From positions 4,218,001 to 4,282,000 of the forward strand of contig OZ076409.1 in assembly GCA_964187785.1 (NCBI GenBank): a stretch of 64,000 nucleotides of DNA. The letters run 5' to 3'. Numbering within the stretch: position 1 is the first letter of the stretch; the number at the start of each line of letters is the position of its first letter. The position numbers and the translations under genes were made by a program. Shown here piece after piece: positions 19,849 through 32,126 of this stretch. The notes under the pieces are model-generated. The model worked only from the letters and a program-made list of their open reading frames with translations. It did no database searches and had not been told where the DNA came from. This stretch comes from Amphiscolops sp. MND2022. Lineage: Eukaryota.

Positions 19849-21553
19849 TTTGACTCATCATTAGAATATGAGGATTGGGAGCCCGATGATGTCGGTTTGG
19901 TCTGAGGTTTCTGAGCCTTGGGATTGGGCTTATTGTCAGTTGCGTCCTCAGGTCTAGTGCGCTTGGGTTTAAGATGTGCACCAGCACCTTGCCAACATCT
20001 CTCCTCCGGGTGGTTCTTTTTCCCACAAGTGCCACACTCCGGATATGTTTTCTTCTGCGTCGACTTGCCTTGTTGGGCATCTTTTTCTTTTTCTTTTTCA
20101 GTTTTTTGCAGTCCTTGACCATGTGGCCCTTTTCCTTGCAGTAATTGCAAGTAATGTCTGACATTTATCCAGTGGACAGAGGAGTTTTAGATTTTGTAGT
20201 CGAGGAGGTCATTGTGGCCATTGGTAGGTCATCTGACTCCTCGAGGGCGTTAAGCTCTAATTCTCTCTCCAAATGAGCAACTATCTCATCGTAGGAGCCA
20301 TTTTCTAATCTGGCCATGTTGACGGACCGCTTCAGTTTTGGTGGCAGTTTTGCATAAAGCAAGCTGTCAATCATTTTCTGCGCATGATCACCAAACGCCT
20401 TCTCGGCTCCCTGGTTTAATTCTTCGAGAAAATCAGGCAGTTTCATTGTATTGGGATCGAAGACCAGACGGTGCCATTTATGTTTGGCAGTCGCCTGTGA
20501 CTCGGGTTTGAGGTATTTTTGTCTAAAAATGACTAATACGTCCTCTATAGTTTGTCGGTTGCTTGAGCTGATATTTCTGAATGTCTGAAGAGCATTCTTT
20601 CTCAATAAAGAGTGGAAGTGGTTGATCTTCATTTGCTCAGTCATTTCTGGCTGCATCTTGATCATAGTGTGAAATAGGTCTTCGAACAGCTCGAATTTTT
20701 CGCTTTTGCCATCGAATGTCATGGTATTTGAGTTGACTGGGCGTATGGTACGTTGTTGGGCTGTCGGTCTATTCTGCATTGTAGTCAAGACGTCTGCCAG
20801 TCGAGTGATGGAGTCAGAGTCAGCAGCCGTGGTGATTCTCTCTTGTGCTGGGATCGCCGTGTCGAGGTTGATGTCCTCAAAGGACCTGTCGAGATGATTT
20901 CTGGATGAGATTCGTCCTGTGAGAAACTCAGGAACTTGATTTGGAGATTCGTTGTCTCCTGTCACCATGTCATGAACGTTTAGTTCAGGGTAATCATCGT
21001 TTAATTGATTCTCATACTGTCCGTTTCTTAAGCTACTCTTTGCGTTAAGATCTCGCTGAACTTCGGAATTTAGTACCGGTCTCTCGGACGGAACGTCCCA
21101 TCCCTTTCTGGCCCTGTGTCCTGATCTGGCCATGATAACATTTTGGATTTGAGGAAGTACTTGGGTACTTATCGCATCGTTTATGGCTCTCTGTATTTGA
21201 ACGCTCACCGAATTCATCATTTCGTCCTTTTCCCGTGAAATACGAGAGTTCAAATCGCTAGACAATCTGTTTATTTCAGCGCTAGAGTCACCTGTGATAG
21301 AATTGCGATCACATTCGGCATTCATCCTAGAGTCAATATTTCTCCTGGGTCTACCTCCGTTTCCGTCTTCAATATCAGACTCATTACATGCAAAGCTCCT
21401 AGATCTCCTAGGTAAATTACTATTCAAGCTACCTTCTCTTTCTTGTGCACCAAAATGGTTTTCGCCTAACATGATATCCAGATTTTCAATATCGGATAAC
21501 ATCTCAAGTCCTCTAGACTTTCTCGCTTTCTTTTGCTTTCTAGTGGTGGGCAT
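19842..21553 (-). CDS. gag: Gag with two zinc knuckles (premature stop at 20165-20167, frameshift near 20095)
   Basis: Capsid-like FDGKSEKFELFEDLF region; CNYCKEKGHMVKDC and CGTCGKKNHPEERC knuckles. ATG is at 21553, inside the 5' LTR. Confidence 0.92.
19845..19851 (-). promoter_or_regulatory. Programmed -1 ribosomal frameshift site A AAA AAC (gag to pol)
   Basis: TCA AAA AAC TAA ends gag; the -1 frame reads LTSPRLQYNE..QQLMGY without stops into pol. Confidence 0.8.
20956..20967 (-). promoter_or_regulatory. Primer-binding site TGGTGACAGGAG (tRNA-Leu-like), located within gag
   Basis: TGG immediately follows the CA end of the 5' LTR. 11/12 match to the common animal tRNA-Leu PBS TGGTGTCAGGAG (tRNA identity tentative). 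Confidence 0.75.
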
Positions 21554-22878
21554 TGAAACAACTCCGAATCAACAATAAATGAATCAATACGGAAATAACA
21601 GCGTAGCCGTTCGGAAATCAATCTTTTCTAGAGTCGTATAGTATGAATTGTGTCCCGCTCAGGCTAAACACCGGTATTTATACCCCTGAGCGGGTGACAC
21701 TCACATATTTTACATATTTTCATCCAAGATTGACATCGTAAGGTATGTAATGCACTTGATTTTTACATATCTCTGGTATTTAACAGGTATGGTTTTGAAA
21801 GGTATTTGCACCATAAGAAATTCCGTTTACATATTTCCTATATCATCGGAAAGCATCAATCACATATTTCTGTGAAATCCTGATTGGGAGAATTCCTGAC
21901 ATATTTGTCTCCCAAAATATAACATCAAACAATCAACATAATGGTAAATATCCTTAACGGTACTTCAAACAACATATCTATTCTACATATTATTATTGCA
22001 ATGTCAACAAATGTTAATCTCGTTGTTGGAATGCGAGGCTCGTGGCGCTGGTATGCAGTGTTAACACGTGCCACCACGTGGCTATAGGTCAACGTAGGGG
22101 GAAGCAAATTCAAATAATACATGTCTAATCTATTTAAATATCACTACATCACCAGATAAGGGTATTTCCCAAAAGGGCCGAAATTGGCCAAAAATTGATT
22201 AATTGCACAATACTAGGGGAGAAAGGGTAAAAGACCTTATTCGGCCTTTGATCAGCATTTAGTTCATTTGGTCCGTTGAAGGGTACGTTGGTATTATTTC
22301 AATATTAAAACACCTCTAGAATAATCCCCAACCAATATGGTTAATTATAGGGTACAGGTAATACAGCATCATTCATTACGTTAAGACGGCCTAAACCGGC
22401 CATTGGACCAAAGTACAAAACAATCCGTGGACATTAGGTTAATTGGCCATAATCGGCCGCTACCAAATCAAAGCCATATTGCACTCGTGAATTGAAGCGC
22501 TGTGATTGGTTGGAGGAATGAGCTCAAGTGACGTTTTTGGAATATTGCTGAGCGTCACTTGAACTCGTTTCCTTTACGTTGTACAGCTATATTGCTACGT
22601 ATTACTTTCATAATCGCAAAGCACCTTTCAACTTTTGAACCACAATTACATTGTTTGGGTCTTCAAATGTAGTTTTAACAGACTAATTTTACATATGCAA
22701 ATATATTAAGACTAGCAACATTAACAAACGTACTATGTATTGTATAGTCAAAATGGCAAAAAGTTTTTAAATTCCGTGTTTTAACCTGATCAATAGATGG
22801 GTAGTGTTCCGGGCACAAACTCTTGCCCGTTTGCCGATGTAGTCACTGTCGTACCGTCACAGGCGGCAGCCTGCGACA
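20968..22878 (-). repeat. 5' LTR of element 1 (1911 bp)
   Basis: Matches 6458-8353; TG...CA; flanked by TSD AGAAT. Confidence 0.95.
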
Positions 22879-23087
22879 AGAATCTAATTCAATCCCAATT
22901 TCAAACAATCTTTTGCCAGGATCTGGTGAGACGAACGAATTGAAGTTAGCGTAAAAGTAAAGAAGCATCAATTGGCTTCTTCACGAAAGTTCATTATTCT
23001 AGCGCAACCGAAGAATCAGTGATTTCAGGTAAAATAGAAATTCCAGAGAATGTTTGAATTGGATTACGTAGGGTCCAAACTTTTTCA

Positions 23088-23156
23088 ATGCTAGATGAAA
23101 TGTCACGTCATCTTTTTTTCAGTCAAAATAAGATGACGTGACATTTCATCTAGCAT
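23088..23156. repeat. Perfect 27-bp inverted repeat (hairpin)
   Basis: ATGCTAGATGAAATGTCACGTCATCTT (23088-23114) / AAGATGACGTGACATTTCATCTAGCAT (23130-23156). Confidence 0.9.
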
Positions 23157-24499
23157 CGAAAGATACAGAAAGTTCAATTAGAAAAGACAATATCAACAGA
23201 GCTCTTAAGGCAGGCGTGAAGCTGACGGACGAGCCCTCAATATAAAAAAGAAGCAGTGGCAATACAATAACTTCCGTACCCTTTTGCAAGACGCCTTTGT
23301 GAAAAAATTGGACCTTTATTATTATCAAACATGGAAGAAAAAAGTTCTCAATGGTGATTTGAAGATTGGTAGGTGGAGAAGTAGGTGTATGACGAGTTTC
23401 AAGGAGATATGTTAAATATATACAGTGGAAGTTTGAGTAGAATAGCAAGATTGATTTTCAGGTAGAGAAGGTTCAGGAAGGGAACTTCAGGATTAGTTGG
23501 GTCAGAAAGAAACATTGGTAACTTCGAGGGTACCAAATTTAAGCAAAAGACGTGGCGACAAAGATGTGAGGTCATAGAGACGTTCTTCTCTATAATGAGA
23601 TGAGGTCATTTTGATTGTTGACAAAAGTGCTGTATTATCAGAAGTTAGATCAAACAATTATATTTTAGACAACTTTTTAAAAGATGAGGTTAGGTGAAAC
23701 AGTTTATAGTGATGTGAGGCTGTATTGGGAGGAGATTATACGGTTTACTGAGTAGAAACGATTATAAGGAAGAATACAGGCGATCAAAAGATTATATATG
23801 GTTGATAGAAAGACAATTTGAAAATGAGAATTAGTTGAGAGATTGTTAATTTTTTTAACAACAAACTTGAGAAAAAGAGATACACTAGCGATTAAGAGAC
23901 CGCAACTGAACTGTGTCAAAGAGAAAGAGACTAATGAAATCTAAGGAGAGAAAAAGAAAAAAAAATATTCATGTTGGGAGTGACTGGAGGAATGACTTTT
24001 AACAGGGCTCTCGGGTTGATTGAATATGCTATTGACCGATGATATTGGGATGTCATTAAATTTCAAAGTTGGTGGAATAGGAGGATAAATTCTAGTTGAT
24101 TGCCATACATTGTGTACGGAAGAATTATTAGAGAGTTGTCAAAAATGGTATCTTCAGGTGAAATAGAATCATGTACAAATTTATAGGAGAAGACAATGGA
24201 AGTAATTGGGAGTGACGAGGAGAGATGTTATCAGAATGGTTAGTATGTAAATTGTAATTAGGAGGAGGTCGAATTATTTTCAGTTAATTGCGTAGTTTCA
24301 ATAATAAGGGAAGGCAAAGAAAATAATAGTGAGAGAAAGAGATGTTCTGGGTGAAACTCTTTGTATGGACTTTTTTATTTTTAAAACCGAATTGATTAGC
24401 TTTTATAGTAGGTTTATATTTAGTCTTTGTTCAAAAAATTTCGGAGTTTGTATGTAGGTAGATTTAAAAAGAGGAGGTGAAGGTGTATCAGAATCATCA

Positions 24500-26010
24500 G
24501 AGTCAGATTTAGAAGCGGGAGGTTTCATCAAAGCGGTCATCATTGTTTTAATTCATAATCCAAAAACAAACACAGTCAAAGGCAGAAAAGAAGGAGATTA
24601 ACTTTTTAGGAATTTTCTTGACTGTAAGCAATGTTAAGAGAAAGCGCAGTGGAAAAACAAAGATTCTACATTGGGTTAAAATGTAACATTGGTAACGAAA
24701 AACTTCAGGAAATCTTCGGGTGAACCATTTAGGTGTGAACAAGGGAGTTAAGTTAAACATGTAGTCTTAAAGACCTTTTCGAAAAGATTTATATGGAAAA
24801 AATGGGAGAAGTTCAGACGATTTTTTACTCATGAATCAATAGCTAATAGCTTTACCAAGGAGTTGTACAGTATAATCAGAATGTTTGGTTAGAAAACACG
24901 ATTCCAAAAATGAGAATACATACCTGCATCATGGGCAGTAAACTTGTTTGGGCTTCTAACGGTTTGGACTTGAGTAGGTTCAAAAATTAAAGGAGGGTAT
25001 TTTTCAATTGGTTGGGGAATCAATACTGATCAGTAACAGGACCAAAAGCAAAAACATTTTGCGGAACAGTTTGACAAGGTATTTGATTATTAGGTTGCAT
25101 ATTCAAACGTTTAGCGAATTTTCAAAAAACATTGCAAGTATGGGTGAAAAATGGGTCCGTTCAAGTGTGACCCATTCAAAGTGTCCTTCAAAGTTTAGTC
25201 CTTCAAAGTGTGAAGAGCGTCAAGTTCAGCAAATGACATCGTTTTGAAAACATGATTCTTGGAAAATTCTACTTTTGTATTATTATGAGCTTCGTAGTCA
25301 AAAGTAGCAGAACTGTTTGAGGTGTTTAAAACAGGAAAAAGGAGTTTATTTTGATTGGCAAAAGTTTACCAGAAATAAGTTGAGTAGAGGGTCCATCGTA
25401 TTGTTCGTCTTCAGGTAATTGAAGAGGAATATAAGTTTACCAGCGTGCATGTTGAAACCTTTATTATATGTAATAACGAGATCAGGATATTGGGTGGTAT
25501 TTAAAGCTGTGGACTCAGTGCAAAACTTTTTACTTCGGGGAACATTTCAGAACAAGAGAGACGTGTTTGAGATTTGGAGTCATGGTAAGGAGTTTCAGGA
25601 GGAACATTGGAGTTATTGTTACTGAAGATGTGTTCGGTTTCCAGCCAACAACGGTTCTTAAGTTTGGGTATACGTCAAATGAAGGGGTGAGTTGAAAAAA
25701 AAACGACACAACCTTTGAGGAACCAAACAATGGTGAATTAACTTGGGGTTAAAACATCATGGAGGCAAGGCAAAACGTGTCCATGGTAGAATAATTAGCA
25801 CGGACAAAAACATTAGCAACAGCACGAGTGCTTTTCAAGGATGAAGGAGCTTGAGCACATGGTTGTACTCGAGTTAAACTAAAATGAAATTATGATGTTT
25901 GGAACAACCACAATGATAAACCAAAAGGTCAGGAATGTTAGGATCATTGGGTTCGACAAAATCAGTAGAAGAGTCAAGAGGAAAGATAAGAAGAGCCAAG
26001 TACTTGAAGA
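24500..26010 (-). pseudogene. env: Decayed env of the old element
   Basis: DPNIPDLLVYH..FSLTRVQPCAQAPS..ANVFVRA and NLTPLFTPKWF..YQCYILTQC match the element 2 env N- and C-terminal regions. Confidence 0.8.
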
Positions 26011-26488
26011 GAAAATTATGGGGAAAATAGTGTCGGAATTGAGATTTGATGAAACGAATTAAAATTGGGTAGTGTGTAAAAAGGTGATCGTGATAAGAAA
26101 GGTGATAATACCGTGATGAAGACGAGAAGGAGGATGATCACTAACAAAGAGGTTGCGATTGGTTGCAATGAAGGGATGTGGTAAAGATTTATCGTTCACA
26201 GTACTATGAGATGGAATCGAGTAAAGACTTGAGTTATTAAATTTAACAGTGATTTCAATTTCAACTTCAAGGTTAGTAGTTTCGAGTCTTTGAAATTCTT
26301 CAAGACGACATTCGCCTGCTATACGAGTATTAGAATTTATTTTATGTGTAATAAGATCAATGTTTAGGAGATGACTGTCAGAATACAGAACACTAGGAAT
26401 TTGAGAAGTTGCTCGAGAAACGAGATGTCTGGTATGATTGAAAGAAGAATTGGAGAAGTGTCGTGAAAAGGCAGTGTCTACACCAGAG

Positions 26489-26688
26489 NNNNNNNNNNNN
26501 NNNNNNNNNNNNNNNNNNNNNNNNNNNNNNNNNNNNNNNNNNNNNNNNNNNNNNNNNNNNNNNNNNNNNNNNNNNNNNNNNNNNNNNNNNNNNNNNNNNN
26601 NNNNNNNNNNNNNNNNNNNNNNNNNNNNNNNNNNNNNNNNNNNNNNNNNNNNNNNNNNNNNNNNNNNNNNNNNNNNNNNNNNNNNNNN
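26489..26688. other. Assembly gap (200 N)
   Basis: Run of N. Confidence 1.
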
Positions 26689-29600
26689 TTAGAAGGAGGA
26701 AGAGGAGGATAGATTACAGAAAAAGTTGTAGAGTCAACGTCGCCTAAGGCGTAATTTTCACTAAAAGTGTAGAAGGATTCACGACCAGGGTTTGTTAAAA
26801 GTTTAGGAGAGGGAAGCGAAGATTCAGGTTGAGTGTGGGTACAAGGCTTTAGACGTGGAAGCGAATAGTCAAAATGAGAATGTTGACGACAACCTTTACT
26901 AGAAGTAGGAACTAAGATCGATTTACGAGGTATAGGATTATTTGTATTTCTTGTGCTGGAGTGATGGGCCAATACCACTAGGATCTGGATTCGGAGGATG
27001 AGGAGAAGGAGAAGAGTTGGTGTAGTATCAAAAGGAGTTGAAGTTAATCCAATATCAGAAAGAGGGAGAGTTGAAGAACTCTGGGGTTGTGGTTTAATAG
27101 GAGTTGTCTTTGGTGTGGTTGTAGGAGGATTAGTAGGAGTAGTGTGTAAAGAAAGATTGATAGCAACAGCTTTTGGAGGAGGACGGTGTAAGGTTAAACA
27201 CGATGTTTGAGAAGAATTAATAGTATCAGGGAAACTGAGGAAAAAACTGAGACGTCTGATTGAGTTAGAGATAGCAGAGTTAGAGGCTGATGAGCTAGAG
27301 GTTAAAGGAGCAGGAGGATCCAGGACGGAAACAGCTGCACTCTTCAGATAATATGGTCAGTGATGTTAAAAAATTATGGTCTATAGCTATTTCTTCAATT
27401 GATAAAAGATCCACCGACGAATTTTGAAAATTTCTACAGCCATTTTGACTAGCCGACCACTGTTCAGTCAACTGTTTTGAAGAAAATGAGCAGAAGGTAT
27501 TCAAGTGAATGGCTCATAAATAGATTGTGAAGGTCATGTGTCAGACATAATTATGTGTCTAGGCAGGAAGAAATCAAGAAGAGTCTAGCAAGGTAGTGAA
27601 GATAGGGAGTGATTTTAAAAAGAATGGGGGAAGATAATATTGGGTTTCGAAATTCTATAAACTTTTGATGGAAGAGGACGGAAGGTATATGGTGAATCAG
27701 GAGCGCCAATATGACTGGGTGAGGTTTGAGGATCAGGTGAAGACTCAAAGGAGAGGTTGGGAGAATCAGCAACGAGTTGAAGGAATGAAGGTACTGAAGG
27801 AGAAGAAGTGAGAAGTCAAAATATGAAGGATTTGACAAATAGGAGGGGTTGTAAAATAGTTTAGTGTGATGCAGTAGTTTCAAGAGAAGAGTAGTTTGGG
27901 TGCAAAAGTTCAAAAGAAATTTCTGAATCGTTTTGAGATGATTGAGAGAGGTTACTTTGCTAGGAGTCAGTATCACAATTATAAAGAAGTGAGGGAGTAA
28001 AATGATATTGACGTAAGTATGGTAAATTAAAGAAGTCTTAGGATAGTATGGTAAAATGTGATTTCAATGAGTATGAAATTTAGAGCCATCTTGTGCCATG
28101 AGTTCCTATTTAACATCTGAGACATGTTGAAAATTCTGTATGAGCCAAAAAATCTGTAAAGTTATGAGAGGTTTAAAATTAGCATCAACAACAAAAGTAT
28201 TAGGAGCAAGTTGTTTTAAATGAGTTGTTTCAAGTGTGGAGTTTTGTGAATTCAATTTATGTTTTAAGTGACGATGAACAGTAGAGTATATTTCAAACAT
28301 TGCATGGTCAACCAGTAAACGCATTGAAGAAATCGGTTTTTTGAGTGGTGAGTGGAAAAAGGATTGAGATGTATATCACTATAATGAAAAGGGGTGAAGG
28401 TGAGTTCAACTATGTGGCGACACAATCTTTGGAAGAATCACGTAATGAATTAGGAAAAAAGGTCAATACAGTAACGGGGTGGGTATGGAAAACAAATTGA
28501 TATGGAGAACGTTTAGGTTGAAAAAGAGGATTAGTATTAAGAGCATACGCATACTTTTGGGTTTGGAATGACCAAGTTGAAGGATAATTTTGTAAAAATA
28601 GACGTAGGCTAGTTTCAAGGGTAGGATTTTAAACTTCACTTCAACTAAACCATTGGTCAAAAGAGAATATGGAGTACGTGTTGAATGGTTAATATTGAAA
28701 AGAAACAGAGATGTGCCATAATTTATTCACTTCCTCGATCAGTTACGAGGTATTGAGAGGGTTAAAATTTAGTGATCCAATGATTGAGTAGTGTTTGAAT
28801 AGCATGTTTGGAAGAAGAATGAGGTGCAGGGTTGTAACAACTAAATGGCTGAAAGCGTCAATGATAACAAAAATAAAGAACTTTATTTGGGAAGAGGTGG
28901 CAAAAGTCTTTTCGTGTCCATTGAGATTCGATAAATAAGATGATTGGCGTTTTCATTGAAGGGCAGAGGAGGTGAAATATTATTAGTTTTAACAAGGAAG
29001 TGTTTGTTTGGCATTCAAAACAGTGATGATTGAAAAAAGAAAACCATAAGCGTAAGTGATAAATATAATAATAAAATTGGTTAAAATTGATGGGACAGTT
29101 TTTCACAGGAGTGTCCATGTGAATGGGTTTTGTCAAAGCAGCATAGAAGAGTTTAAATGATTCAAACACATGCGGGTTTGGTTGATAGAGGGTTCTGATA
29201 GAAACTTCTGCAAATATTCGAGAGTTGTGTGTATAAATTGGATAAGATGTGAATTGGGGTCTATATATAATTGTTAAAATGGTTTATTGTCTGTATATAA
29301 AAAATAATTATTCAAGTAATTCGAGTTGAGGTATAAAGTCTTTGCTTTTGTTATTACCAAGTATGAACAGTGGATAGAACAGGATCATCGTTTTGCGCTC
29401 GGCGAAGTATGGTATCCTTAAATAAAATTTAGTGGCAGAAAAAAGTTTTCAGAAGCTTAACAATGAGCAAAAGAAGTTAGCTCAAAAAGTGGCAATGCTT
29501 GAGTGGAGCTAGGTCCGATAGTATATTGCGTTATTCCATTAGTATGAGGAGGTTCATCAGGTTTTAGGGCTAAAGAGTTTGTCATGTTTGTTAGGATTGA

Positions 29601-30632
29601 GAAAGATGAGAGTCGTTAAAATATTGGTATATGGTTTCAGAAAAAACTGTATTAATAATATTGGACGATAGAGTTGGTTGTGAAATTTGTTGAAAAGTCT
29701 TTTTAGTAACAGGATCATCATCTTCATATAAATCAGTTTCAATTAAAAGAGGTTTGTGTGGGAGCAAGGTTTTAATTTTCTTCTTCATGGGTTTTTTATT
29801 TGTTTTAAAAGGAGGATACGGATTGAAGAAACATCAAGGGGAGTATATGTGACAGCATTACTTTTATCTCGAATACGAAGTGTAAGAGATTTCCTTCACG
29901 AGTAAAAAGAAAAAGAATAGAATCATGATCTGTAAAAATAGCTACTGGGAGTTTAGAGCCAATGATAATAAATTCATAATAGATTATCATTGGCTAGGAT
30001 CGTGAATAGGATTATGGTTACACTAAACAAACTATGAGGATTTGCTGCTTTATAAAGAGCTTCTTATACTTTGCTATTGGCAATGAAGTCGTGTAACCCT
30101 GCAAAAGAAGCATTTCAAAAATTTTTTCTACCTTTAATGACTTTTCGATGATCACGTAGTTCCTAATACGCGTATTAGTAGGGAGGGGAAGCATGTTTTT
30201 CAGTTGAACAACGCAGTTCCGGAAGATATAACTCGAATTTAAAGTAAATGTCGTCTTCGTCTGGGGATCAACCACAATAAAGTCATACGCAAAGGGATTC
30301 TTAAGTGAGGGTTCGAGAAGGAAAGAGTTAAGTTACGATACGTTCTGTTTTTGAATTTCATCTTTTTTGAAAAGTTTCAGGGGTAGAAAAGTAACATACA
30401 CCAAACACAAAAGCAAAGCACATCAGTTGCCAGCATTGGTTTACAGTCGTGTTTCAGCCTTTTCTAGAAAGCAGGTTGGGTTTCAAGATTAATAAGTTCG
30501 AAGGGAGTGCTTAGTAGAAAAAACCCACAATACAACGGAACAGCGGCATAGGTTGTTTGAGAAACATGGACTTTGACCTTGGAAGAAGATAGGCATAGAA
30601 TGATCCGTTGACTCTTTCTCCTTTTAATCCTT

Positions 30633-30832
30633 TTAATCGAGCCCTTCCCCATAAATTTCACACTCACAAACATCCAACACCCCGCTGTGACTTTCTTCCT
30701 CAGCTGTGACGAATGAACCGATGAGTCCTCCTTTAGGACAGAAAACCGTCATCCAGTTACCTTTGCTTTCCACTGTTCCACAGAGTGAGCAATCTTGTTC
30801 CTTAGCACGGCAAACTCGAAATACGTAGATAT
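30633..30832 (-). CDS. Probable host exon: C-terminal half of an F-type lectin (fucolectin)/discoidin-like domain
   Basis: CSLCG..TVFCPKGGLIGSFV..LDVCECEIYG resembles the F-type lectin C..GRYV..L.LCEVEVYG end; TTTTGTAG acceptor, phase 1. Confidence 0.55.
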
Positions 30833-31963
30833 CTACAAAAGATTGAACAGAAATGGTTTTAGAAAATGATATATTAGACAAAGCCCAGGTAAAAAACATG
30901 TGTTATATCTCAAAGTTAAGCTCCGAACATACCTTTGAATTTATTTCCACAAAGTATGATCATTTTTCATCATTCTAAATTTTCTCGAACTTAACGCCGA
31001 TTAGTTCAAATACGTCGGCAACCCGACAAGATTCCATGAGAGGCATTTTTCTAGAAAACCAAATTAAGACCATTGTTGAAGTATCGGAGTAGCAACTAAG
31101 TGGTGCCGACTTTAGTTAATTTTGTTGTTTTTTTGTTTTGGTGCCGACTTTAGTTTTTGTTGATTTTCCGAAGTATTTCCAAGGCTTTTCTAATGTGTTG
31201 TTGGAATACAAGTTATTCTGAAGTTTGCTATGGAGACAACATCTAGATGGTAATCAGTGGATGATGAGCGTCATATAAGTACATTAGTGGGAGATCGAGG
31301 CCGCACTCCTAATAGTGAACAATGGTTTCAGATAGAAGTATTACGAGTAAACGTTCGAAAACAACCGATAATTCGTGGAAAGGTTAAAAACAAACCTTTC
31401 CTGAAACTTTATACAGTGTACAGTTGTGTGCCACTGTCAAAATTGAGCAAAATTTAGATCAGCATAGTTAGTGTATTAGTGTGACATTCATCTCTAGTTT
31501 TGAAAATATTCACTCTCATCCGTGTAACGATGGAGTATGAAATTATTCATTTTTGTTCTAAATGCAATCGAAAAGGCTGTTAATTTTTATTTCAGTTCAG
31601 TCCAAATTTGGTTCCCAAACTCTTAAGGGAGTTCTAGTGTGAGAGAAGGTTTGAGGTTTGGAACACGGAGTCTCTCATTCGACTAAATTTCCATTTTATG
31701 TGCAAAAATGAAACTTAAATGCACTGTAATTGAACAGCCAAAGAACACAAACCAAGCTTAAATATTATTACATGTAAATCAAGCGTTGAGAATTGGCGAT
31801 AAAAACATGAAACAAAGAATGTTATAAATTAAATGAAATTTGAAGAACTTTCAAGTTGGTGGGAGAATACTGAAGCTCACTATAATAGTTGGCTATTGAC
31901 AGCTAGAGACAGACGGTGTTAAATTTATTCTTTCAACCTTTTTTACTCAATCAGATTTCTTAC

Positions 31964-32126
31964 TTCCATTGTATAAGCCGGTAGAACGAAACTTGATGTA
32001 ACGAATGACTGCAAGTTCAACTTCAAAAAGTAGTCGTTGGTTTAGATGATGACAATCAGGAAATGGGTTGATGTCCATTTCAATCCGTGAAGGCAACTGC
32101 GGCTGGTAGAGGGTAGGCTCTGTCTC
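31964..32126 (-). CDS. Possible degenerate host exon, N-terminal half of an F-type lectin-like domain
   Basis: LYQPQLPSR..DCHH..FEVELAVIRYIKF pattern, ending at a GTAAGA donor; weak. Boundaries approximate. Confidence 0.3.

Larger units (their letters stand above)
6458..22878 (-). mobile_element. Full-length Ty3/Gypsy LTR retrotransposon (element 1, 16,421 bp) with accessory genes
   Basis: Paired LTRs starting TGTC and ending GACA. Perfect 5-bp TSD AGAAT at 6453-6457 and 22879-22883. gag and pol in PR-RT-RH-IN order. Confidence 0.96.
22884..30000 (-). mobile_element. Old, heavily decayed env-bearing Gypsy element related to element 2 (target of the element 1 insertion; probably continues at ~6000-6452)
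   Basis: RNase H remnant 29805-29990 (YEFIIIGS..IFTDH); integrase remnants ~28000-29400 (CFECQTN, RTPYS..TNGLVE); S/T/P-rich remnant ~26000-27300; env remnants ~24500-26000. Same gene order as element 2. Boundaries approximate. Confidence 0.85.

Noticed and set aside
26438..26978. ORFs containing poly-X
   Set aside because: Artefacts of the 200-N gap.
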